IMG/VR virus record: IMGVR_UViG_3300029922_000017
Coordinates: 32,001 to 96,000 of that record
From: a virus
Reading direction: 5' to 3' (one strand)
Length of the DNA: 64,000 nucleotides
Part shown: positions 49,873-60,262 of the stretch, one piece after another
How the letters are laid out: each line of letters begins with the position of its first letter
How positions within the stretch are numbered: the first letter of the stretch is position 1
Notes under the pieces: model-generated
Database searches by the model: none
Seen by the model: only the letters and a program-made list of their open reading frames with translations
Told to the model about the DNA's origin: nothing
Translations under genes and position numbers: made by a program

Positions 49873-50316
49873 ATGAATTCTGATATTATAATCTATTCGG
49901 ATGGTTCTTGTTCACCCAACCCTGGTATTGGAGCATGGTGTTGTATTATTAAATTTAATGGTAATGAATTAATACAGACTGGAACCGAATTAAAATCTAC
50001 TAATAATCGAATGGAAATAATGGGTATCTATCAATGTTTAAAACAAATTGTGAAGTATGGATATAAGAATATTAAAATAGTAAGTGATAGTAAATATCTT
50101 GGATATGGATTACGATTTAACAGTATCCGATTAAATAAAGCAAAAACTCCTAATTTAGATATATGGGTTCCCCTTCATAAAATAAAGAAAGATAATAATC
50201 TAAAAATTAGATGTGAATGGATTAAAGGTCATATGGGACATATTGAGAATGAAAGATGTGATAAAATAGCTACTCAAGTAAGAAATGAATTTAAGCGGCA
50301 ACAGTCTTTATTATAG
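49873..50316 (+). CDS. rnhA: Ribonuclease HI
   Basis: IYSDGSCSPNPG.G, TNNRME, SDSKY, WIKGH.G...NERCD. Confidence 0.95.
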   Translation: MNSDIIIYSDGSCSPNPGIGAWCCIIKFNGNELIQTGTELKSTNNRMEIMGIYQCLKQIVKYGYKNIKIVSDSKYLGYGLRFNSIRLNKAKTPNLDIWVPLHKIKKDNNLKIRCEWIKGHMGHIENERCDKIATQVRNEFKRQQSLL

Positions 50317-50892
50317 TAATAATCTTTCCAAAACCTCCCCACCCTCCATAACATTATGGAAGTTGGAGGAGGCACACCGTAAGACTTAGTTTATCCTTGA
50401 CTCTTACCATTATTAAAATAATGTCCCTCGCAAGGTATAGTTTTATTTCAAGTCGAACTTTACTAGCCAAGCTATCGCTGTCTTTGTGTTTGTGATGATA
50501 TAATTATCCACTACTAGCAACTGGCTTCTCAGCTTCTTAACGACATTCGATTAATAACACTCAAGCTTCATTTAAATTCAGTCCACTTGATAGTATCTGT
50601 CGTATCTAAACAACATATTATAATCGAGAGTTTATTGTTATAGGATTGCCCTCTGTCCTACTAGTTCATTCCAACTATTAAGTATTTAATTGAGTAATTG
50701 TAAAGTTATAATTAGTTAAGTATAAAAATAAAAAATTGCGTATTTTTGTTGATTAATTGCTTAAAAGAATCGAATGATAGAAGACCAAAAATACGCAAAT
50801 TCAAATTAAATCATTCAACAATTCTTTTAAGCAAATATACATATATGTTAGAAATTCTAAAATACAAAAAATCTTAAATTATTTTTGACTTA

Positions 50893-51273
50893 TTATAGTT
50901 TAACCATTCCAGTTGAAGTAGAATAATAGACATCAGTAATACCAAACCGTTTAATTATGGATTGGCAACCTCCACATGGTTTACTCATGGCAATCTGTCC
51001 TTCATTATTGTGCCGGATAACAATCATAGAATATTTTGATAAATCATCCTGTTGCATTTTCAAACAACTGTCCAATTCTGCGTGAATTCCAACCGTCTCA
51101 GTATGGTAAGGATGATATTTATTGAAGGGATGAGTGCGATTTTTATTAAATCCAATCTTTACTATTTTACCCTTAAACACAATAAAAGCTACATGACAAC
51201 TCCGCATTGATTGAACCGTAGGATGGAGAGCTTTAGCAATATCAATGGCTCGGTTTAATGTTCTCAAATTCAT
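50893..51273 (-). CDS. Cytidine/dCMP deaminase-like protein
   Basis: HAE and SKPCGGC motifs; VYYST. Confidence 0.88.
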   Translation of the reverse strand: MNLRTLNRAIDIAKALHPTVQSMRSCHVAFIVFKGKIVKIGFNKNRTHPFNKYHPYHTETVGIHAELDSCLKMQQDDLSKYSMIVIRHNNEGQIAMSKPCGGCQSIIKRFGITDVYYSTSTGMVKL

Positions 51274-51303
51274 ATAAAAAGTATATGAATATAATACTAA
51301 ATG

Positions 51304-51822
51304 TCAATTATTATAATTGGGAATCGTATGGGAAGCAATTGGCTTGAATAAGGAAGTAGAAAAGAATGCAACTAATTTTACTTGTGAATGTGCGGCATCT
51401 TTACGGAACTTCATTTCCCAACCAGTTCCTTGTTGGTCATTGGGATTAGCATCAGCTAAAGCCAATAGTTCTTTAGCCTTAGTCTTAATTTCCGCAGCAT
51501 TGAATATATTTAGCTTACCATGTCTATCAACGACAATATATAATTGAGCCTTGGATTGTAAGTCTCTACCTTCAATATCTCTATCCCAATCCTTGATTAT
51601 CTCATAGATTATGTCAGACCCCGATTCCCGTTGTTTCAATTGAAAGGATAACTTACCACCGGCTTTAGGAAGAATGAAGCCATCAATTTTATCCTTCATG
51701 TCATTTTGAGTAGTGGGTTCTTGTATATTATACCCTTTACTCCGAAGAAAATCAATAATTTCTAATTCTCGACTCTTACCAAGAGTAACTCTAGTATTAT
51801 AATCAGTTACAGTGTTTAACAT
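51304..51822 (-). CDS. PD-(D/E)XK nuclease-fold protein
   Basis: GKSRE...DMKDKIDGF...SFQLK; TATTTATA promoter. Confidence 0.55.
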   Translation of the reverse strand: MLNTVTDYNTRVTLGKSRELEIIDFLRSKGYNIQEPTTQNDMKDKIDGFILPKAGGKLSFQLKQRESGSDIIYEIIKDWDRDIEGRDLQSKAQLYIVVDRHGKLNIFNAAEIKTKAKELLALADANPNDQQGTGWEMKFRKDAAHSQVKLVAFFSTSLFKPIASHTIPNYNN

Positions 51823-52347
51823 AGATATAAATATACCTATTAATTATTAAATGTCAATGTTTATGATGCTTGCCGCAACCACAATTGTCATTGTGCATAT
51901 CTTTATTGGGAGATTTCTTCATATTATGAAGATATAAGTCTAATACTACCCCAATACCAATTACCAACACAACAACAATATCAAGAATAATATCTTTCAT
52001 AATAACAATATAAGATTTAGAGATGGATATAACTCAAAAGGATGGAAACTACTTGGTTAAGTGGGCAGTGTATTTTTGTTGTATAATTTCAAATGCTTCT
52101 TGCGGTTTATTATTCCTAGTGTATCCCATAACTTCAACTTCACATTTAGGATTGTTACAATATAACGACATTCCATATGAAATATCATTTGGATGAAAAA
52201 CATCACCAGTCTGGATTGCTAATTGGATATTGCATATAGGGCAAATATAATTCATATTTAAGATTATACTTGTTTTAGTTCCATTGTCAAATAAAAAATG
52301 CCGAAGAAATTAATCCTCGGCATCTTCGAGTAATCCATCGCTAAATC

Positions 52348-52983
52348 TTAATCAAGATAACCCTTATCAATTATCACTTTACCAATCATCTTGGATTTGA
52401 GAAACTTCTTATATCCAGCCCTACCATTAGCATTATTCTCAATTCCTTCAATGAAGTTTGGATTTTGCTTAACAATCTTAACTTTCCGCCAAAGATAATC
52501 CAAAATTCCATAATAATTCTTATGGGGATATTGAAAACGGGCAATATCATCCATCTTGATGAAATGACCTTGGGCATCCCGCTTTAACTTCAAATGACTG
52601 TCATTACCGTAGATACGATTAGCCGCTTTCTTAATCCAGTTAGGAGCCTTCGGCAAATCATTCAAATTATCAAATGTCTTACCTTTAACGGTAACGGAAC
52701 CCTTTGCCTTATGACACCAACCATGACATTTCTTAATTGGAGTCGTTTTAGGAGCCTTGCCGAAAGTGGCAACCAAATTAAGATTGGACGGTTGTTTCCA
52801 ACCAACAATTTGACCAGTCACAATATCAATGGTCAAATCAACATAATCACCCGACACATCTTCCCCGAACCAACTAGGAACATACCCATCATGGAGTCTG
52901 CCAATTTGCTTACCAGTCTCATCATGGAGACTGGCAAACAGTAAGTTGGAACATTTAGCACTAATTTTAAGAGTTGTATTCAT
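52348..52983 (-). CDS. Two-domain phage protein with WYL-like C-terminus
   Basis: DGYVP...GDYVDLTIDI.TGQI N-domain; FQY...WRKV...IEG...YKKF..SKM. Confidence 0.55.
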   Translation of the reverse strand: MNTTLKISAKCSNLLFASLHDETGKQIGRLHDGYVPSWFGEDVSGDYVDLTIDIVTGQIVGWKQPSNLNLVATFGKAPKTTPIKKCHGWCHKAKGSVTVKGKTFDNLNDLPKAPNWIKKAANRIYGNDSHLKLKRDAQGHFIKMDDIARFQYPHKNYYGILDYLWRKVKIVKQNPNFIEGIENNANGRAGYKKFLKSKMIGKVIIDKGYLD

Positions 52984-53015
52984 ATACGAGTATTATACTG
53001 ATTTTAGATTGATTG

Positions 53016-53486
53016 TCAAATACTATCGTGAGCCTTTACAATTTCCTTGATAACATCATAAGGAAACGTCTGACAACCAACTTTGACATCATCCTTGGAA
53101 ACAATAGCGGCATAATTGCCATTCAACTTGACTTCCTTGGTCTTCGGCCTCGGCTTAATATAATCTTCACGAAAAGTGAATAAATCAAATTCATTCCGAA
53201 ATCCGGCCATGAAGTTCGAAACTATGAATGATTTTTCAAATTTAATCAAATATCCATAGCCAGTATTAAGAAAAATTCGGGGACTATGAATTGTTCCATT
53301 ATAACCATCAACCACAACTTCATCCCCAATTTTATAGGCTGGATTGACCTCAGTTGCAACTTTGCGAATATATTGGTATCCATTGGCTTGGTGCCAATTA
53401 TTACTCACCATCCACTTTCCATCATAATACTTATCCCCTTCGAGGACGGTTTCATTTCGTTCGAGTTCTCTCCAACCGGTAGGTAT
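53016..53486 (-). CDS. VGCQ-family paralog 4; original start apparently deleted
   Basis: Frame extends to IPTGWRELERNETVLEGDKYY, matching IPEGWYQLNPEERVREGDKF of 37689, but has no ATG there. Confidence 0.65.
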   Translation of the reverse strand: MPTGWRELERNETVLEGDKYYDGKWMVSNNWHQANGYQYIRKVATEVNPAYKIGDEVVVDGYNGTIHSPRIFLNTGYGYLIKFEKSFIVSNFMAGFRNEFDLFTFREDYIKPRPKTKEVKLNGNYAAIVSKDDVKVGCQTFPYDVIKEIVKAHDSI

Positions 53487-55062
53487 GTTTTGTTAAATGT
53501 CAAATTAATTTTTTGGCTGGTTTTCCCAACAATCCATAACGTGCTCAATTTCAGTGAAAGTTAATGATTGATAATCACATAGTGTCAAAACTGGTTCGCC
53601 ACAACTTTCCACCACACCACCAACTTGGCGGTTGGCGGAATAAATAATCATACCATCCTTAACTTTTTCACAGTAGATATTCATAAATTGTTAAACTCTG
53701 GAATATTCATACAAATTCAAATGCTGGACAAATTCATCATGGGTTCGCAAGGGAGCATTGTAGCAACTAGACGGATTGCCGCTAACACCCCCAAAAATAT
53801 ATTTATGCTCCATGTGAACTGGAATTCTAATAACTGTGCAGACATCTCCAGAGTCTTTATATTGGAACATTTGACCAGCCTCGACGGAAGTAATTAATGG
53901 ATTGCCATATTTGGATTGACACTGGTATTCAACTTTATATTCGGTCATATGAGAATTATATAGATTTAAGCGGCAATGTCAATAATCAAAGTGAATTAAA
54001 ACCTTATCATGTTCTTCCCGAATACCCATAGTATAAAACCAACATTCCAATGCACTATTACTATGGGGAAATTCAACATCGCCAACTTCATAATCAACAT
54101 ATGTCCCATTATGAGGATGTAAATCCATATTCCTACAATATTCATTTATATCATCCCACAATTCTGCTGGCATCACCGTATGTTCAATAATCGGATATGT
54201 CTTTAATTTATTCATAAATTATACAGAAATAAATTCAACTTCAAGCGGATACCCATCCCTACCGGCGAACTTTCTCCGCATCTCTGGAGTGTCATTATAC
54301 TGTGTAGCTTTGGCGGCATCCATTGTAATAAACCCATGGCAACCATTCCGTATGTGATATATGCCGGTAGCCTTACAACGAACAATCATTTTCTTCATAT
54401 TCAAATCATTCTATCCATTATAGATTAAAAGTCAAATACAAAATAATTCAAATAAACTATTGACTAAAATCTAAAATCTGGTATTCTATTGGTGTGAGGC
54501 GACCCACAAGGCTCCGGAAGGGAGTTCCGCCTGCACTAATCACTTTAACGTTATAGTAATAAGAGTAACTATAATGCTATAATTACATAATATCGTTAAA
54601 GAATTTCTATAAAATAATACAAATTATAGGCAGTAAGGTCGGTGAAAATAAGTATTATTATATACATTATGGTCGGTGAAAACAGGTATAAAAATAACGA
54701 TAATAATAGAATGTAATTATAATAACATTGAATAGCTGTATTTTATAATAACGATAATATTTTTATATATTTTATACTTGGTAGGAGCGGTGAAAATAGC
54801 CTTATAATATTAGAAAAGGAAATAGATATATAGGCCAAATGAATGATATTTCTTAATATAAATTACTGTTATCGGTGAATTTGGCGTCAATTTATAGGTA
54901 ATTTTTATTTTTATATATTATTTTTATGTTATCACTATGAACACCACATATATAGATAATATTCTCTATTAAGAATAATATAAATAAGCTAATAATAAAC
55001 CTTATTTTTATAATCTGACCATCCATTTTCCAACAGATTTTTCCCCTTAATATTTAATAAGA

Positions 55063-55464
55063 TTAAGGCTCAAACTTACCCGTTGCTACTAATAGGGCAT
55101 CGGCTAATTGGGCAGGAGTTTGTTTTAATGCTTTAAACATATTATCAATCTCATCATCCTCCCGACTAAACAGAGACTTCATTATTTTTCTACGAATAGG
55201 TCTATCTTGTTTTTGAATGATGGGGAGGATAGCATCATATGAGGAATAATAACTAGGAAGGAAAGGAATATATCTAATATTTCCATTGGGTAGTTTAGTA
55301 GAAAGTTTGGAGCCGACACTTAACCAGTAGGCTCTTTGGATTTCATCTCTGGGTTTAGCTAGCTTTATATTTTCTCCGGTAGAATTTTCCCACACTTCAT
55401 AACCATCAAATAGGGCTAGAGTATATATTTTCTGTTCTAAGAGGGCATCTGATATTTTAGTCAT
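55063..55464 (-). CDS. Phage ABA-sandwich-like hypothetical protein
   Basis: PSYYSSYDAILPIIQK...TPAQLADALLVA. Confidence 0.5.
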   Translation of the reverse strand: MTKISDALLEQKIYTLALFDGYEVWENSTGENIKLAKPRDEIQRAYWLSVGSKLSTKLPNGNIRYIPFLPSYYSSYDAILPIIQKQDRPIRRKIMKSLFSREDDEIDNMFKALKQTPAQLADALLVATGKFEP

Positions 55465-57862
55465 AAAATATTTATTATCTTATTTATATTCTGATAAGAG
55501 TGTCTGTAATACTTTAGGTATTCCTCGAAGGAAGGCTTTATCTAAAAGTATTAGATACCTTTTATATTCTTTATTGGTAAGGTTGCCGCCGTTTCTTTTG
55601 TCCATTAGGACTTCATATTCTTTTTCTTCTTCGGGATTCATAATTATAAGATAAATTTTATTAAGATACATCAATCAATGTAATATGCCATCCGTAGTAA
55701 GACTATTCCAATTACTACAAATATGATTATTAATGATATATCCATAATATTTATTAGCTTATTTCTATTCCTTCTAATTGGTCTTTCTTACAGACACTAC
55801 ATACGGTATCATCTGCTGCCACGTGTCCTTTACAGAATCTACAAGGGTAACATAAGGGGAGTCCCATTAATGAGAATTCTTCATCTTTACAGATATAACA
55901 ATTTGCATCATAAACATCGGAGCCGCTTCTTAGTTCAGGATGTTCTAATCCTTGGGTGAGCATCCAATAACAAGGGTCATTTTTTTGCAAAGGTTTACTC
56001 ATATAAATTAGTTTATTTTTGTATAATAAAAGCTATACCGGCTCCTAGTGCTATTAGTATCACTATCCATCCAATATAATTTTCGGCTGATGTCATGTTC
56101 TTTACTATGCCGCCATTAATATTCCAATTCGGAACTTTTTAACACCCTAACAAGTTTAATACCATCACACAAAACAGTTCCAATCGGAGTTGTTCCAATC
56201 ACCGGCCAAACACGGTTTCGAATATCAAAAACATATTCATTATTCCAAAAATCCATCACTATTCCAACCGGAGTAATGTGGGTTGGAATTGATTTATAAT
56301 CGCCACATGACACTCCAACAGCTTCGGCTTCGGCAATAACGACATTTCCGCTTTCCAATTCAGGTTCGGAAATATATCGGAGGGCATTCTCTAAACTCGA
56401 AAATGCAAATAACTTTCCAAATTTGGGATAGGTATAGTTTGTGCGGCTATATCGGAGACATGGAATTGAATTTTTTTCAACTCTAATTTCAGTATAGCTT
56501 TTAAGATAAGAATATAGTTTCTTATTGTGCCGAGCGAGTAATTTATATACTTTAGTTGTGTTCATATTTAATTTTTATTCTGTTTAGTTGCCACCACCGA
56601 TGCCAGTCCTAACATTGCCAGTTTTGGTTGATTATAAATCATACCAGCCAAAAAACTAACCCATCCAAGATAAAACCCAATGGTAATCATAATTGAGAAT
56701 ATATCAGATATAGATTGATTGTCAAGCAATAACGGGGGATGCCGGAACAAAATCAACGACTGCCTCACTCGGATATTCACGGTTCCATGCACGTTTCACG
56801 CCTTCAATCGTCAATTTAAACGATTTCCCATCTTTAACCCGTTCACCGACAACCGGAAACTTATGGGAACGAGTATTCAGTCCACGGATAGTAAAGCGTT
56901 CACCATTGACATATGTAATTTCTTTGTTAAGCATATCCGGTTTAAGTCCATAAGATAGGGCATAAACATTAAATTGTGAAGCGTGTGGGCTAGTTTTAAT
57001 GACTGTCCCATCCGGTGCAACTTGTGAAACTGCGCCTTGAAACTTAAACGTGGCAGTGTTAGCATCAAATCTGGCTCCATTATAATTCAATGAAATGCCA
57101 TATTTATCCTCAACGGTTTTCAATGCGATTTTCAAATCAGCCGCAATGAATTTCAGGTTGGTTCTATCGAATGAGTTAATTTTCATATTTGAGAGTATAT
57201 TGATTTTAGATTGATTGTCAATCTTTATTTTCTTCGGGTTCATTTTTGTCGAGAAATGATACACAGTAAATATCGCCACCACTCGACTCGGTCACTGTTT
57301 CTTCACAGTGGGAGCAACTACTATAATATTCCATATTATATTTCTTGGCTAATTTAATTAATTCCTGCTCGAATTTTTTGTTCATGGTTGAGAGTATATT
57401 GATTTTAGATTAAATGTCAAGGGCTATTTACGGTATCGTTAAAATATTAAAATAATGATATTCTGAATAATAAAACATAATAAATACAAATCCTCGGTGA
57501 AAATGCCGCTTTTAAAATAAGTTGATTGTTTTAATACTATAAGGTATTATATTACCAATGGATAATAAACGTGAAATAAGTAGATTATTATTGGAAGCAT
57601 TACAACTTCTGGATAATAGCAGACTCTTGAATAAGAGCGTATCGTTCACCAATAAATTGATAGATGAGTTAAATATCGAGGAGAATATTGATGATATTAA
57701 AATATATCATCAATCAAAGATATTGTGGAGCCGCCTTAAAATAGATTATCAAGAACTGATTAAAATTGAAACGGAGTATGAAGTCATACGATTGAAAGTA
57801 AATAAATTAGGCCGAGAAGTATTGCCTCCCCTAGAGCCATCGGAACCAATGGACTTTGAATT

Positions 57863-59224
57863 TTAAATCCAGGTCGTTCCGTTATAAACTGTAGTGTGGT
57901 GGGTGGTAAAGTTATATGCCAGCAGTCCTTCCTCTGGTGAACTGATAGTCGTGTGGTCTGGCAATTGATATCCATTGGAACTACGGGTAGTTCCAGCAAC
58001 ATCCAATTCATAATATGGTGTTGGAGTTCCCACTCCTAACTTATTAGGAACAGAGGCATTACCGTTTGTTAAACACCCTATTACAAGTCCACCGTAATTA
58101 AAATCATAGATACCACAGCTATACTCACCATTTACCAAAGGGTCGGTCACTAACCCAACGTGTTGCGTGGTGCTAATAACCTGAATAATGGCTTGAACCG
58201 AACTAACACTTTTAGCAACTATACCGCCATTTCCTAAAGAAGTATTAAAATAAGTATTGCCCCAGTAGTCACTTGAAATCCAATTTTGGCCACCATTATA
58301 GAATAAATTGCCAGTAAAATTAATGTCACCAGCAACATCCAAGGTATATTGTGGGTTACTTGTTCCAATACCTACATATCCACCACTGGAATTTAGATAT
58401 GAATTATTTCCATTAGTTCCAATGTAATAGGTTTCATTCTTGTCCGATATATTACCATTACTTTCTACTACAAAACCACCATTAGCCACAGAAACAAACA
58501 AATTACCAGTCTGAATCTGTAGGTTTGTATTACCATAGCCGTCATCTAGTTGAAGATAGTTGGCATTTACATAAGCACTATTACCTATTATACCACTAAC
58601 ATCCAAGTTATATTGTGGGTTATTTGTTCCAATACCTACATATCCACCATTGTTATTTAGATATGAGTTGTCACCATTTGCACCAATGTAATAATCATTT
58701 GAGCTATTACCAATATCTCCATTAACATCTAATGTGAACTGGGGATTGAATTGATTAATACCAACCAAACTCGCAGACAATAGGACATTACCTTGGATGC
58801 CACCAGTTTGGACATGGCCGCTGCCAGCATTTATATTTACATTTCCTCCATTGCCAAGGACTCCAACTCCACTGTTGAGGTTTAAATTGTTTCCAATTAT
58901 ATTCGTCGCAGCCGAAATGTTTAGGTCGGTTATATGGGGTGATGAAATATTGTTAACTGTAATATTTGAAATATAAGAATTGCTGCCGGTGACATAGGAT
59001 GCACTAATGGAGCTTGTTACTAGAGTTGGTGGAACATATCCAATTAAATAACTGGAGGTTACTGAATAGCTAGAACTAACTGCCACATTAGAACTTATTG
59101 CGTTTGACGCAGTAACATTTAAAAGTGACACTATACTACCAGTTCCGTTAGTAATAGTATTATCAGAATTTAGACTTACGACCGTTTGAAATGATTGGCT
59201 TACTGGTTGATTGAATAGGTTCAT
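57863..59224 (-). CDS. Tail-fibre/virion beta-repeat protein
   Basis: Repeats GYVGIGT.NPQY.LDV.G.I (4 copies); SSSYS/SASY low-complexity N-terminus. Confidence 0.75.
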   Translation of the reverse strand: MNLFNQPVSQSFQTVVSLNSDNTITNGTGSIVSLLNVTASNAISSNVAVSSSYSVTSSYLIGYVPPTLVTSSISASYVTGSNSYISNITVNNISSPHITDLNISAATNIIGNNLNLNSGVGVLGNGGNVNINAGSGHVQTGGIQGNVLLSASLVGINQFNPQFTLDVNGDIGNSSNDYYIGANGDNSYLNNNGGYVGIGTNNPQYNLDVSGIIGNSAYVNANYLQLDDGYGNTNLQIQTGNLFVSVANGGFVVESNGNISDKNETYYIGTNGNNSYLNSSGGYVGIGTSNPQYTLDVAGDINFTGNLFYNGGQNWISSDYWGNTYFNTSLGNGGIVAKSVSSVQAIIQVISTTQHVGLVTDPLVNGEYSCGIYDFNYGGLVIGCLTNGNASVPNKLGVGTPTPYYELDVAGTTRSSNGYQLPDHTTISSPEEGLLAYNFTTHHTTVYNGTTWI

Positions 59225-59507
59225 AATATATTATAGGGAGTTCCATGGTAATGAAATAGTATTCCACGTCTGAGAAATGTTATTCCAAAACGTAGATGGG
59301 TCGACTGGAGTTGGTGGAATAAATTCACCTCCACCGCCAATATCACCACAAAAATCATCATCAGTAACAATATTAACCTGAAATTTCTTTCCGTTTATTA
59401 TATGTATTACTTGACGCATAGATGATACTTATAAATATAAAAAAATATTGATTATTACTAAAATTGTTTATATTTATATAAGAAGATTAACAACCAAACA
59501 CCAATTT

Positions 59508-59798
59508 ATGATAACACCAACAAGCGGCTCAATCACCACAACTCCACAAACATTTGATGGCATCTGGCTCTCAAATATTCAAATCAATGCCCCAACACCA
59601 GTCGGCAAGATTTCGGCTAATATAAGAGCCATACCGTTTAATAGTGCGTCTGGCTCCTTAGCACCAATTAATTATGCTAAGAATATATTCATTCCTGATA
59701 TTATGACACTGGCCGCAAGTAGTTCACTAGCAGCAAATGCCATGGGAGCCATGTTCAATTTTATACAGGACTACGTTGTGAGTAAATCTATATTTTAA
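59508..59798 (+). CDS. Small virion-associated hypothetical protein
   Basis: S/T/A-rich ORF after TATTTATA; bidirectional terminator 59810-59855. Confidence 0.55.
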   Translation: MITPTSGSITTTPQTFDGIWLSNIQINAPTPVGKISANIRAIPFNSASGSLAPINYAKNIFIPDIMTLAASSSLAANAMGAMFNFIQDYVVSKSIF

Positions 59799-60262
59799 TA
59801 ATTGGAAGATAAGCAACAAAAAACCCACCTGATTTGGTGGGTTTTTTGTTGCTTAATAATTAAATTTACTTGTCTGGCTTGGTTTAGACCAGAGATAATT
59901 TGAAGTGTCTTTTGTCCATCCATTAGCAATTAGATACTTCTCCATGGCTGCAACGGCGACATTAAATAATTCAGTGTTGGTATTCATATTTTGAAAGGGG
60001 TGTAGATTTTCCACTATATTTCCATACTATTTTTCGAGGGTGGTCTCGATATACGTTTCTTTTAGATGCCACCGCCATTTCAACGGCGGCACGAAACCCT
60101 TGGTCATTGTCAGGAAACAAAAACTCGGCGGCGTGAACAGTTACTAAATATTTCATAGTTGGAGTGTATCTATTTTAAATTAAATGTCAATGATTTTCTT
60201 TTACATCTACTTTCGTCAATACTTCATACGTCGCAGGATTGACGTGCATTGCGACAAATCTA

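Noticed and set aside
54489-54540. SRP (4.5S) RNA
   Set aside because: Has a CC-GGAA-GG tetraloop but lacks the CAGG/AGCA symmetric loop needed for Ffh binding and is too short.
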